From assembly GCA_012295275.1 (NCBI GenBank), contig CM022667.1, forward strand, positions 16,058,001 to 16,122,000: a stretch of DNA of 64,000 nt. Direction: 5' to 3'. Position numbers and translations under genes: made by a program. The DNA comes from Chrysomallon squamiferum. Lineage: Eukaryota; Animalia; Mollusca. Position 1 is the first letter of the stretch. Each line of letters opens with the position of its first letter. Positions 30,290-43,720 of this stretch are shown one piece after another. The notes beneath the pieces were generated by a model. The model was not told where the DNA came from. It ran no database searches and saw nothing but the letters and a program-made list of their open reading frames with translations.

Positions 30290-31340
30290 TAATTCTGATG
30301 ACACCATTCTATAAACCTTAACAGGACCCACAATCGCCAGAATCTATTAGAATGCCTATTTGTTAAACTGCAGTTAAACTTCGGTGGAGATGAGAGTGAA
30401 CTGGCGGGGACTTGTACATGTATTTCTGCAGTTCCTAAAGTCATCTGACATGATAGAAACAATTAACTTTCATTATTTCATGATGCAAAATGTCAAAATC
30501 TATTCCCAAAACTCATAATTTGCAGGACAAAATAAAATTGACACGTATTTTTTCCTCATGGTTCTGATATCAATACGTATAAGATAATTTCAAGGCTACT
30601 ATACCAAAACAGGAATATTAAGCTTTTCAAACTACCCACACCAAATTGGCCTTGACATTTTATTCCACACAATTCCACATCCTTTTCAAGGATATGGAAG
30701 CTTAAAATATTTTTTGAAAGTACGTAGCCAAAAGTTGGATTTAAAATAATATGTTCAGTCATTGTAACACCTGTCACAACAAATCTAAAGTTTAGGTGAA
30801 AAGAAAATCTGAAGGGATATTATCACATTCTTTCTAATTCTTTTAGTATTAACAAAGACAAAGTTAAAAAATATTTCAGTCAGTCTTGGAATTACGTGAT
30901 TTATATTACGTCATCACAGGAAAAAGTTGGTGCAGTGACATCCGTCTGGTTCCTATAATTCAAGATTTGTTTTATACTACTGTCTTAGTTACTCAGCCTC
31001 TTTAGCACAAAGGGTCAATCAAAGGTTTTGCAAAGGAATTGCTTGTTTCAACTGAGGATAACCTTTATCCTGACAAACGATGAAGTGGAAATTCATCTGT
31101 CTGCAGATAAGCCCATCACTGACATGATAGAATAAGAGACAATCCAGTTTGATGACTGGTGGTTTGCTCAATGCAATGTACGATAATAAACGCTTTCCTG
31201 GAGAGGTAAAGTATACTCGTGATGGGAATTATGGATTGACCGCTATGCACCGCGCTGGTACAACTTGGAAAAGAAATTACATCCAAAGAGTACAAAATCT
31301 TCTTCTATATTAAAGAGAAGACGAAGAAAATGTCACCGCA
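30290..31340 (+). mobile_element. Heavily decayed DNA-transposon coding remnants
   Basis: Interrupted reading frames. 31170-31310 reads AMYDNKRFPGEVKYTRDGNYGLTAMHRAGTTWKR, resembling the YD..FPGEV....M...G..WKWP C-terminal module of invertebrate transposase ORFs. An HCNTC motif lies near 30760. Boundaries are uncertain. Confidence 0.35.
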
Positions 31341-32319
31341 ACCTCCATGATCAGTGACAGGGAGTCTCTAGGGGACAGGGGCACGTTTCACCGACTTCAG
31401 TTAACTACAGAATTCGATATATGAAATAAAGTATCTTTTGTGTACTTCTATGAAAGAATTCGGTGCACTTATTTTATAAAAGTGCATCGAGTTATGAAAC
31501 TGCATTGATAATTTGACTGTTTGTGTTAGCTTCAGCTCGAATGTATCGTTAAAATAATTGTAGGTTGATGTAAGGCAATATATACATTAGTAAATCCTTG
31601 GTGACTTTGCTATGATTTTATTAAATACCTATGAAAGTTCAGATCTTGAAAATGCATTAAGATGGTTTTATCAGGACATCATTGAACCAGATACTTCTTC
31701 CTATGATCACAGAACTTCATTTTATATCAACAGACAAAATGTAACATCAATCACGATAACATCCGTGTCACACATTTATGTAATAATTTTCCTAAAGCTT
31801 TTATTTTCAAGCTAAATTGTAACTGGTAGTTTTTCTATGGCGATTTCAACTTTAGACTATGGGAAATTATTTATATTTACAATTTAAAGGTTTCAGATAA
31901 TTCTGAAATAAAGATCATTCGTTTTTACCCACATTCTTCTGAAATAACCCATTTCAAACTATCCGTCAGCTCATAGATATCCCTGAACTATTTCCACTGT
32001 GAAACCAAATAGATTTCAACATATCAAGTATTTTACTACGGGCCAGATTCCTTAGGGTACGATTCTAGTAGCTAGAATGAACTCCAAGCCTCTCTGACTA
32101 TAAAGTCTTCCTTTGCAAAATTACCCGTTTTGCAAATAAACTTTGTCAGAGCGACGTTCACAACAACGAAAACCTCATGTCTCGAGGGCAACGCCCCGTA
32201 TTTTTACTAACCGACTTGTGAATTAGCTAGCTATGTTATACTTTATAGTAGCCTTACTATGCAACGTTTATTAATAAACTGCATTATAAACTTCTTACTA
32301 AACGATTTATTATAAAAAC

Positions 32320-32390
32320 TATATATATATGTGTGTGTATATATGTATGTATATATAAAAATATATATAATTATATATATAAACGATTTA

Positions 32391-32471
<81 letters not shown>

Positions 32472-32476
32472 GTATA

Positions 32477-32507
<31 letters not shown>

Positions 32508-32576
32508 GTGTATATATGTATATATATATGTATATATATATATATGTGTGTTTATATGTATATATATATGTGTGGT

Positions 32577-32644
<68 letters not shown>

Positions 32645-32655
32645 CACATATATAT
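32320..32655. repeat. Interrupted (TA)n microsatellite
   Basis: Seen directly. Confidence 0.95.
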
Positions 32656-33305
32656 ACTTACAAACGTAATTATATCTTACGTAGATATGATTTGATGTAC
32701 ACACATACACACACAGACATTAAACACGGGAAAAGCAATGACCATCCAGAATATAAAAACACACACTTGTGTGCTAGCTATGGAAACCACAACTCTTTCT
32801 GTATATTTATTGTAAGGTCTAATTATTAGAGAACGACAGGATATCCAGAAGACGAAAGGCTTACAGCATTACAAACTTAGATAAGTAGACGCAAAATGTT
32901 AAACAGGGTTACTGTACTAGAACTGCAAACATTTGTTTTTGTTTTTGCTCTAGTTTTTCTTTTTCTGTTTTAAAGACAGTTTGCATTTTTGTGATGGAAA
33001 ATAACACGATTATTTGCAGCTCGTTATTAAGCTATGTTCACAATGACCATATTTTGTAACACCGGTTTGTTTGATGCTACTGAATCGTACTTAGCCCTAA
33101 GGATAGTTTTCTAACACTGCAAGTCGTATTTAAATGTGAATAGTGATCAGCTGATTTTTCACTTTTCTTCTATCTCTCTATTTTTCTGACAGTTTGTAAA
33201 TGAAAAAGGAAGTGAGAAAAAAAGATAATGAGTGGGAGAGAGGAGGGAGAGAGAGAGAGAAGCGACAAGGGAGAGAGAGGGACAGAGAGAGAGAGCGAGA
33301 GAGAC

Positions 33306-33392
<87 letters not shown>

Positions 33393-33550
33393 TTAGATGA
33401 TCCACAGTGTACCAGAGTTAATTATTTTTCGTTTATTCTATGATTGTATCATTTAATTAAATATTTACCAACTGTCTCACTGTAACAGCTGCGCTCGGAT
33501 CAGAAGGGAATAAATCAGGTCACATTAGATCGAAAAAGCACATTATATAT

Positions 33551-33960
33551 ATGTATTTATGTATGTATGCATGCATGTATATATGTATGTATGTATGTGT
33601 ATATATGTATGCATATATGTATGTATGCATGTATGTATGTTTGTATGTGTTTGTATGTATGTTTGTATGTATGTATGTATGTTTGTATGTATGCATGTAT
33701 GTATGTATGTATGTATGTTTGTATGTATGTTTGTATGTATGTATGTTTGTATGTATGCATGTATGTATGTATGTATGTATGTTTGTATGTATGCATGTAT
33801 GTATGTTTGTATGTGTTTGTATGTATGTTTGTATGTATGTTTGTATGTATGTTTGTATGTATGTATGTATGTACGTTTATGTCGTATATGTATGTATGTG
33901 CATATGTGTACGTGTGTGTTTGTGTGTCTGTTTGTGTGTGTGTCTGTGTGTGTGTCTGTT
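33551..33960. repeat. (ATGT)n-derived tetranucleotide microsatellite, about 400 bp
   Basis: Seen directly. Confidence 0.95.
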
Positions 33961-34640
33961 GTGTATATTTATTTATATAATACATTGCACTATATCTCAT
34001 TAAAATACTACCTCTTCATATATCTCAGTGACTTTAATTTTATTTCTTCAGTGGGTGAAACCCATGCCTGACACAGTCAGCGCAAACGGAAATGACGCCA
34101 TTAATCAATCTTACAATTATGTTGTTACAGCAAGACTTGAAGAAAAGGTGATGTACCAGGTTCACACTGGCTGGTAACTCAGAAAGCGATCAAAAACAAA
34201 TCTAGTCGTCGAGTGCCGCCAACCCAAGTCACCATATAAGATGAATCAAAATAAATTGGAATAATGAAGAAAATTAAAGTCTTTCATTTTCTTCCACCTG
34301 AAATAGTTGTGAGAAATATAGGTCATTGTTGAGCTGTAGACCGAAAATTGATGTGTTGTTGCATAAATTATTCTAGGTGGACTTGAAGGGCAATGGGAAA
34401 GATTCTTCTAGATGGAATGTGTAGAATTTTTTTTTTTTTGTTTTTTTTTTCCTGGCGGATTTAATCAGCTGTATTTTTAGAAATGTTTTGTTTTGTGGTT
34501 TATAAGTCTTTGGGCCATTTTCTTTGCAGAATCTTGAAAGAAAATAAAACTCACAGATATTAAGGTATTCAGCAAGATACGATCTTAAATTCATACGTAA
34601 AGAACACTCATTAAAAGAATTTGTGAAAACTTGATATAAT

Positions 34641-36083
34641 TAATTATATACACATAATTATTATTAGGCAATGTGAGTGTAAATGAGAAAGTAACTTGAC
34701 AATTACTGAAATATTACTTCCACAAATGCAGTAAGTAACATAATACAATTATGGAGATATTTAACAATTTTAACATTTTTACATTTTGTATGATTTATAT
34801 ATTATCACAATGAAAAGCCTTTATGCATAAAGAAAATTATTTATAAGGTAACACAATTCAAAGTAGCTGAGATGAAAATCTTCATTAGATATTATACGTT
34901 ATGTCTCCAAGGACGTTTTTCGGAAGAAAATGTAAAACGATTCTCAGCAGACTGAAATAGTGTGACATGTGGCTACAATTCACACATTCGATGTAAATTT
35001 ATTTTGTGTCTTTGGAGATTGTAAAACGGAGAGTGTTATTAATATATGTTACCGCCCTTCTCTTGGGCCCTGTATTTGTCAGACAAAATGCTAAACAAGT
35101 TTCTGACTGAGAAATGCAAGATTTTCTCTGAATCAAAAACTCATGGTAATATGTGTGTGTTTGTATGTATGTATATATTTTAGGATTTTGAATATTCTCT
35201 GACTTGTGTACGTCTGATTAGACTCTGCAGATAGACAATATTCGGGAACGCACTGGCGCTGGATGACAAAGTCCAATCAAGACCTCACAAATCCTGTCAG
35301 ATGTCGCTGACAAGACTCGAACGTATGGCACCACTCCATAGGCGGACGATGTTACCGTTCGGCCATCTAGACAACCCTGAAAAAGGTTTGCTCAATAACC
35401 GAGGGTAACCATCACTTCCCACGAAGCACGCCGTTCTTTGTCTTTCGTCGTTTTTGGTATAATTATATACACGTAGTTAAAATTAGGCAGTGTATACGTA
35501 GACTAAAAAGTAACTTGACAAAAACTCAACTATTACAAAATATTACTTCCACAAATGCAGTAACATAATAAAATTATGGTAACGATTTTGCAATTTAAAA
35601 ATTTTACTTTTTGTATGATTTATTTATTATTACAATGAACAGTCTTTATGTGTAAAGAAAATTATTTATAAGGTGACATTAAAAGTAGCTGTAATGGAAA
35701 CCTGAGTTAGACGTTATACGTTATGCCTCTAAGGGCGTTCTTCGGAAGAAAGTTTAAAACGATTCTCAGCAGACTGAAATAGTGTGACATGTGGCTACAA
35801 TTCACACATTCGATGTAAATTTATTTTGTGTCTTTGGAGATTGTAAAACGGAGCGTGTTATTAATATATGTTATAACTTTACCGCCCTCTCTTGGGCGCT
35901 GTATTGGTCAGACAAAATGCTAAACAAGATTCTGACTGAGAAATGCAAGATTTTCTCTGAATCAAAAACTCATGGTAATGTGTTTGTATGTATGTATGTA
36001 TGTATGTATGTATGTATGTATGTATGTATGTATGTATGTATGTATGTATGTATGTATGTATGTATGTATGTATGTATGTATGT
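34641..36083. repeat. Direct duplication of about 530 bp (34641-35175 and 35460-36083) separated by a SINE
   Basis: The copies align end to end, and both finish in CATGGTAAT followed by (TATG)n. Confidence 0.9.
35172..35377 (-). mobile_element. tRNA-derived SINE
   Basis: On the minus strand: A box TGGCCGAACGG (35365-35355) and B box GTTCGAGTC (35322-35314). The head GTCTAGATGGCCGA resembles tRNA-Leu/Ser. An unrelated body follows and ends in a (TACA)n-type tail. No intact cloverleaf. Confidence 0.7.
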
Positions 36084-36672
36084 ATATATGAGTATGCTTA
36101 TTGGTGTGCATGTATATATGTACAAAAGTATGTATGTGTATGTGTACGAGTATTTGTTTCTAGCGTATCGATGTATCTGTGTATGTGTTTATGTGCCTTT
36201 GCATTTGTCCTAAACATTTATTTATTAAAACTATTATATTAATTCTACATCACTACCACCAAAACTACTACTACCACCACCATAAACTACTACCACCACC
36301 AATATTACTACGATCACTTCCAGCACTATTAATATTATTATCATTGTTAAAATACATTTCTACTTTATTATACCTCTAGATACTAATTAACCGTACTAAA
36401 ATACAATGTGTTTTGAAAAAATAAAATCCTTTGATCATCCTAGTGCAATAAACTGATCATTTATACGAAAGAATTTGAAAGAGTCTTACATTTCTAGTAA
36501 CCTTTCTATATTGTGGCAATGACCATTTACGTCACTGATGTACTAATATTCCTTGCGGCTTGTTTGCGTGGGAGTTTGTCTGCTTGTATTTGAACCTAAC
36601 AATCGTAGATTCAATTTCTAACCACAGTGGCGGATTCTGATTACACTGTGATTGAGATATGGCAACTGTCAC

Positions 36673-37270
36673 TAAATCATGTTAACAGTTTTGCTAAGTC
36701 ATCGTAACATTAATGTTACGTCATGTAACAATACTGTTGCGTCATGGTAACAGTCTTGTTAAGTTACCATAACAATACTATTAAATCATCGTAACATTAA
36801 TGTTACATCATGTAACAATATTATTACATCATGGTAACAGTCTTGTTAAGTTACCATAGCAATATTATTAAATCATTGTAACTCTGTGGTAATAGTTATG
36901 ACGTCATAATTAAGACACGACGACAGCAATTAAGTCATGGTAACACAACATTTGTTATGGAATATAATGATAAGATTTGGCAAAAGCAATGATTAAGTCA
37001 TATTAACAGTTATTAAGCTGGGGTGAAAGTGATTATGTAACAGTGACAGTAATTAAATAATGGTTACATAACGACTACGTTATTGTAACACAGCGATTAC
37101 ATCAGATAACAAAGTGATTAAATGATAGTGACTTGTGATTAAGTCACCTTTACAGTGATTAAATTCATAATGACTAAGTGACAGCCACGCATGATCAGTT
37201 CATGGTCACATTGATCAAGTAATGATGATTCACTGATTAAAGTAATTAAATCTTTGATTAAGTTACGATC
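36673..37270. repeat. About 22-bp minisatellite with an 87-bp (4-mer) higher-order repeat, decaying rightwards
   Basis: Units such as TAAGTCATCGTAACATTAATGT, TACGTCATGTAACAATACTGT, TGCGTCATGGTAACAGTCTTGT and TAAGTTACCATAACAATACTAT. The four-unit block is repeated twice. Confidence 0.8.
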
Positions 37271-39928
37271 ACGTAAATCCGACACGGTAAACGTGGTTAA
37301 GAAATGGTGACATTTCGTTTATACAGAGTGGCGATGAGGTTAAGATACGGTGGCGATGTGTTTATCACAATTAAAAGCCTAATTAATTACTACGTACTCT
37401 ACCAGCGAATTATTTAAGGTGATGTAAGCTGTAAAAATATTTCAGATTCTGCTTACTAAGTAAGTCCTTTCACATAATGACAGTATCTTGGATAAGTCAA
37501 ATATGCTTGAACCTTTTTTGTATGAAAGTTCATTGACTGATTTTTTTCTTCTTGTACTATAAAATTTAAATTGGTTTCCATCTCATATTTGATGGATTCA
37601 GAGCAAAACGCGATCATACATAAAACTAAAATAATCAATTTAAGAAATAAAATAAAATAAAATAATTAATTAATTAAAAAAAAGAAGAAAAACAAGCAAA
37701 CAAACAATATCTCTGCTTTATTTTTAAATACTGTAATGATAAAGATAACAGAAAAAAGTTATTAAGACATTTAATATTTAATCTTCAGCGAAATGCAATA
37801 CAGAGTATGTTATAGGTAACAGGACCGGGTATAAACTACGATAAATATATACATACTTTTTTATTTTTAAAAAAATATTTAGAAACGTTTTACATGGTAT
37901 TTAATGTAATGAGTATATTTACAAACGGTATTCAAAGTGATGTCGATTAATTTTTCGACTCGTTTATTGACAGAATAATGTTCCTACGGAAATACTGAAA
38001 TCATACTTAGTCCATTTACTATACTGATATATTAAGCCGTTTTGTATATTGATTAATTATATTTAATTTAAAATTTAATTTATTTTATCTTTTGCATTAA
38101 ATAGTCTTGAATTAAAACGCAATGGTTCATTAGCTTCAGTGAATTAGTTAATCGATCTGGTTTTATTTTTTATGAGTCAAAAGAACAGTGTGAAGAAAAA
38201 GCATATAAATTATGATGACAGTACAACATTTGTTATTTGAACACTGAGTCAAGCAATACAAAACCAGAAAAGAAAGCAGAAAAGAAATCAGAAAAGAAAC
38301 CTAATCCACTGAAAAAAGATGAAAGCATTTAGCTGAGACAGCACAGAAAGGTTATCAAACCACACATCTTTGAAATACATACAGCATGGTATCTTCACAC
38401 TACGTCGAATCTCATTACTCAGATATTCGCAGATGTCCAGTGGTGTAGATTTTCATAATGTATATTGTTTAATGCGGCTTTGACAAAATGTTAACACATG
38501 GGGAACATCTCAAGAAGTGGAACTCTACTCACAAAAATATAACGGGATTTAAAGACGTTCAGAGACTGACAAATGTCCACACTCTAATGTTATTCATGAT
38601 GAGTAATATTAATTAACTGATATCAGTTAACTTCCATTTATAACTTTTCATCAGTATGCCACTAGTCACGATAATTTCTGAAATGGCAGATGCACCGTTA
38701 GACATCAAATTCATACAACAATACCCAGGGGCGGCGGCTATTTATGTTTAATGGCTTACATATTTAGAATACGTATGTGAACTGTGAATAGTTGACAAAA
38801 GACTGTGGAAATTTGAATCAGCAATCTACAACAGGACTGCGTTTGTCCTAAAGGAATATAAAAATCTACAGGGCCAACTGAAAACACAGCACACTGAGAC
38901 ACTGAGACTTTGCATTACACCATATGAGCCTCATACCTGCTCAGCCTTAGTAAATAATGCTATATTTCCAATCATACTAATAAAGAGGCAATTTTTGTTG
39001 GTTATGAGGCACGAAATAACCTTCCTGTTTCCAGACTCAGATACCTGACCTGTTGATTCCGCTGCCTAACAGTTGGACTCATTCGTACCAAGTAACATTT
39101 TTATTTTTGTCTAAATCTGTCTGATTCGACTTCTTGCTAATGAACCATACAGTTTAATAACAGTCTAGCATACGTACATATGTCAGACGGTAAGCAAGTA
39201 CACGTACATTTCTACTTACCTGATCTGTTTATATAAATTAAAATATTCCAAGATAGTCTAAGGAGAGGACAAGATTTTAATCCAGTTTTTAATGTTCTCT
39301 AGATTTTCGAGATAATCAGTATTTAAAGCAAGAAACATCATCTTATTCAGATTAAATACTGAATAAAAAAACCCAGTTATATCAGCTGTCATCTGTTTTA
39401 AATCATTATTGAAATTGCACTTGTAGACGTTATTGATGTCGCCAATAATCGTGGATTTTAATGTCTTAATGTAAAGCAAATGGGCATTTTAAAATTCCCA
39501 AATGATTTCCTTTGACATCTAATATTATTCTGTTATGCTTTCGATAACATTAACAATATTAATAAATAATTTTTGTATACTTTTGTAATTAATTGGATTT
39601 TTTTTTTTCAGCGAGCTCCAACAGCGGTAAAGAATCTTTTATTTGTACCTTCCCTTAGACAGGAAAGAACGTCCTTGCGTTCTGATAAACCGATGGTTGG
39701 TATTTGAGATGATTCAAAAAGGTCTTCTCAGGAGAATCGATCTGCGAGGACCGGTAAGTTACATCCTCCTCCGAATTACATCAGATTTAACCAAATTGGA
39801 AAAACAAATTAGTGGCAATATTTTTTCGTAGATTGTTAGAGACAAAACGGAATTAATTACATATAATGATGAATTACTATATATTTAAGTTAATATGTAT
39901 TTTAAAAAATAATGATGGCTGTTCATTA

Positions 39929-40179
39929 TTCCCTTTTATGGGTCAGTGCCCTGCAGCATTAATCGCAGGCTGTGTTATTGTCTTTCTGTCTATGAGCTGG
40001 TGCGTTATATAAGATAATTCTCTGCTAAACAGTCGAAATGGCTATCGTGGATGTTTTTCCAGTAATTTCCCTTTATGGGTCAATGCCCTGTAATGGTTTA
40101 ACCGAAGGCTGTGTCATTGCATTCCTGTTTATGAGATGGTGCGTAATATAAGATCATTTTCTGCTAATCAGTGGACTGG
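39929..40179 (+). mobile_element. Two tandem decayed SINE-body fragments (Nin-domain-like), 39929-40041 and 40067-40179
   Basis: Diverged direct repeats, each with GGCTGTG...CCTGT.TATGAG.TGGTGCGT.ATATAAGAT..TT.TCTGCTAA. From memory this resembles the central domain of molluscan Nin-type SINEs. Confidence 0.5.
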
Positions 40180-40868
40180 ATTTCTTTAATAAACAAAGTG
40201 CAAATCTTTGAAAAAGCTAGTATGGTCGCTAATAAAAAAAAGTACTAAACTACCGTTAAACAGTTATTTATTTATTTCTTTGTTTATTTTTTTTATCGCA
40301 AATTTAATCAATGAAAATATTTTGATATAAATCAAATTGTTCTGTGGTTTTATATCTCTAAAATTACATAAACTAAATTTCTTAAAATACTCGAATAGTC
40401 AACTGAATCATTTCTAGCTTAAAGGTTTTTCTTGAATCTCACAGCAGCGAGCTAAACTTATTTTAACAAATCATTTCGTTTGACAGCGGTTTTAAGGATG
40501 GCGGTGTTATTTGATACTCATCCAGATGACAATGTCCAACTTTTGTCTGACATTTAATGAAACCAAGAAGTATTTACAATACAATTAGCATATTGATTAT
40601 TTAGTACTAGATTCATAGAGGTATGCATGTTCGTCTGTTCTTCCCCATGTCTCTCTCGCTGTGTGTTTGCGTATGTGTGTGTATTTATGAATTAATATTT
40701 TGTTCTCTTATAAAAACACTTGATTAGACTCTGATCGTAGGAAATATCCAGGAAGACACTGATGCAGAAGACAACATCCGATCGCGACTTCACCGAGGTG
40801 AGATATCGCTGACGAGACTTGAAGGTGACACCTGTTTGCCTGCAGATGTATATTTTAGAGAGACAGAG

Positions 40869-41041
<173 letters not shown>

Positions 41042-41353
41042 ATTTAAGTAATTAATCAGTAGTTTTTTCCTTCTCGATCTTGATACTGTTTAATTGCTAG
41101 TATTTCTGGTTTATCACGAGACATTTTTCTACTTCATTTAAGTCCTTTTGCCAAAGCAATAGCGACGGTAATTCCAACAGAACATGCCAAAAACAATTTT
41201 AACTCCTACGATGCCATGCACAGCAAAACCATAATTAGATGCTTAAGGGCTAGAAGCCTTTAAGATCGAAGTAGAAGTATTATGTCTATTCAGAACATTC
41301 GGCAAACAGACCGTGATAGTGAAATAATAATATTGATAACAACAACAACAACA

Positions 41354-41391
<38 letters not shown>

Positions 41392-41740
41392 GTAACAATA
41401 AATATAAAGAACAGTAACATATTTAAGTTGAATTCAGACTGTTTCTGTTTCTCAAATTCAGGAGAGTAAATGCAGATGAATATGTAGATGTATGTTATGT
41501 TTCTATGTTTGTGACTAAGTGCGTATATGTTGTGTACATTATGTATGTATGTATGTTTGTATGTATAACAACAACAATGAAAATAATAAAACAACAACAA
41601 CAACAATAACAACAATAATGATGATGATGATGATGATGATAATAATAATAATAACAATAATAAAACAAGAGCAGCAACGACAACAAGGACAGTTATAATA
41701 GCAAAGTAAAAGCTTAGACTGCAGTGTTAATCATACTCAC

Positions 41741-42080
41741 ACATATTTTCACCGAGATACCACACCTCTTTGGCGTAGATGTCGAGCACTGCCGTGGGTC
41801 CGCTGATGAGCAACACGAGCAGGTCGGCGATACACAGGTTGACGAAGAGAAAATTGATAAAAGTCCTCATTGAACGGCAGTACAGAATAACGGTGATCAC
41901 CGCAAAGTTTCCCACAACACCCACCACAAAAATGATCACGTAGAAAACGGTGGCCATGACCAGAAGTGAGACCAAGGGTCCGGGCATCACCTCTCTCGCC
42001 CTTATTGTGTAATTCACGTAGTACTTCGACAGGGTTGAAACGTTCGTAAAGTTGGGGAAAGCTGCTCTTGATGTATCCAT
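41741..42080 (-). CDS. Class A (rhodopsin-like) neuropeptide GPCR, ETH-receptor-like, coding exon 1 (N-terminus, TM1, TM2, ECL1)
   Basis: ATG at 42080 in good context (ACT-ATG-G). Three N-glycosylation sequons (NFT, NVS, NYT). TM1 GVVGN, TM2 NLCIADLLVLL, ECL1 WYLGENMC. The exon ends ATG-T|GTGAGT at a canonical donor (GT 41740-41739), phase 1. Confidence 0.93.
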
Positions 42081-42604
42081 AGTCTTTCTTCTCCTTTACA
42101 GTTCTGCTGCTAAAACCTGGGTACATAAGTGAAATAAAGGAAAAAGAAAACGCCGGTGTTTCAAACACAGGTGAGCGTTCACACTCTGTCTCTCTCTTTC
42201 TTTCCCTTACTCTATATGTCTCTGTCTCTGCGTGTCTGATGCCGAATGGTTCTTTACGGCTCTTCGCGTTCGTTTGTTACCACTGATACAGCACGAAGTA
42301 TTGATCACGGCCGGATCCAAGTTACAGAAACGAGCCAGTGCAGAAATGCTTATTCGGAAATCTAGTTTTGTTATTAGTTTTATTGAGAAATATATGCATA
42401 AAAATGAAGATAAAGTCATTGTTAATTTATGTCGTTTAAGTTGATGGTTTTGCTCCAGGGTTTGTTGTCGGTAACTTTGGAACAAGTATCGCCTGACGTA
42501 CAATGTAAAAACATGACACTTTTACAGTTACTTTATGACAATGAGAAAATTTCGTTCATTTATGTTGCGTTATATTATCTTAGTTTACATTTTTCATGAT
42601 CGTG

Positions 42605-42678
<74 letters not shown>

Positions 42679-43137
42679 AACAAACAGTCCCCAAGAAAAC
42701 AAACAAACAACAAAACAAAAAAAATAAATAAAAACAACAAGAAGAAAAACAACAACAAAAAACAACAATAATAAAAAGACAGACAAAAAAACCGTTACTT
42801 TTAAAACTATGGTTTATTTTTACTTGCTTGCTCCATTAAGTATTACAGTTCTTCAGTTTCTTATGGAACTTATGAATGTTAGTGTGTTAATATAGAAAGG
42901 GGATGCACACAATTACCTTACACGTCCTTCGTTAGTTATCTGGACAAATACAGAATAGGTGTGTGTATGTGCGTGCCTCTGTCTATTTGTGTGTGTATGT
43001 GTACATACTTACATCTCTCTCTATGTCTTTATTTACCACAGGATTCAGAGGTACGTTAGATAAAACGAACCGATACCCATATGTATATATGTATGTATGT
43101 ATGTGTGTGTGTATGAGTGTGTTTGTGTGTGTGTATA

Positions 43138-43185
<48 letters not shown>

Positions 43186-43601
43186 GACAGACAGATAAAC
43201 AGATGGACTGGTAGGTTGACAGATATGTAGGAATGCAGATATATTATAGATAGATGACTTGAGGTTGTTTCTTTCATATCATAAAATTTTGACGTTATTC
43301 ACTAATATACTATGCAATAAGTGTAATAAATAAATAAAGAGTTAAAGTAATAGACAAATAGTAAATGATGAATTAAGTAAACAAGTAAAATAAATATATA
43401 TAAATAAAAAATCCATGAAACAAATAAACAAGCAATTAAATAAATAAATTATAATTAAGCTATATGTAAAGGAACAAAGAAGAAGAAAAGTAATGATAAT
43501 GCAACAAAGCATGTTACGACATTCGGAAAATACTACAAAAATCGAAACGTAAAATAAATAAATAAATAAATAAATATTAAAATTGAATTCGAAACGTAAA
43601 A

Positions 43602-43640
<39 letters not shown>

Positions 43641-43693
43641 ATATTAAAAATAAAATAATAATAATTTCCAGATTAAAAGCGAGACGTTGTATA

Positions 43694-43720
43694 TGACGTC
43701 ACAACAATCATATGACGTCA
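43694..43720. promoter_or_regulatory. Two tandem full CRE palindromes (TGACGTCA) about 1.6 kb upstream of the GPCR start codon
   Basis: TGACGTCA at 43694-43701 and 43713-43720. Function untested. Confidence 0.35.

Noticed and set aside
34050-34320. Possible Tc1-like transposase relic (also 39640-39830)
   Set aside because: The similarity is too faint to support by eye and no termini were found.
35300-35372. tRNA gene
   Set aside because: A and B boxes are present, but the acceptor and anticodon stems do not pair properly and the sequence runs into a SINE body and tail.
36673-37270. CRISPR-like periodic array
   Set aside because: The units are contiguous and degenerate with no unique spacers, there are no cas genes, and the context is eukaryotic.
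40741-40797. Small plus-strand exon-like segment (AG|GAAATATCC...CCGAG|GTGAGA)
   Set aside because: The acceptor is weak and I could not assemble it with other segments into a coherent nested gene.
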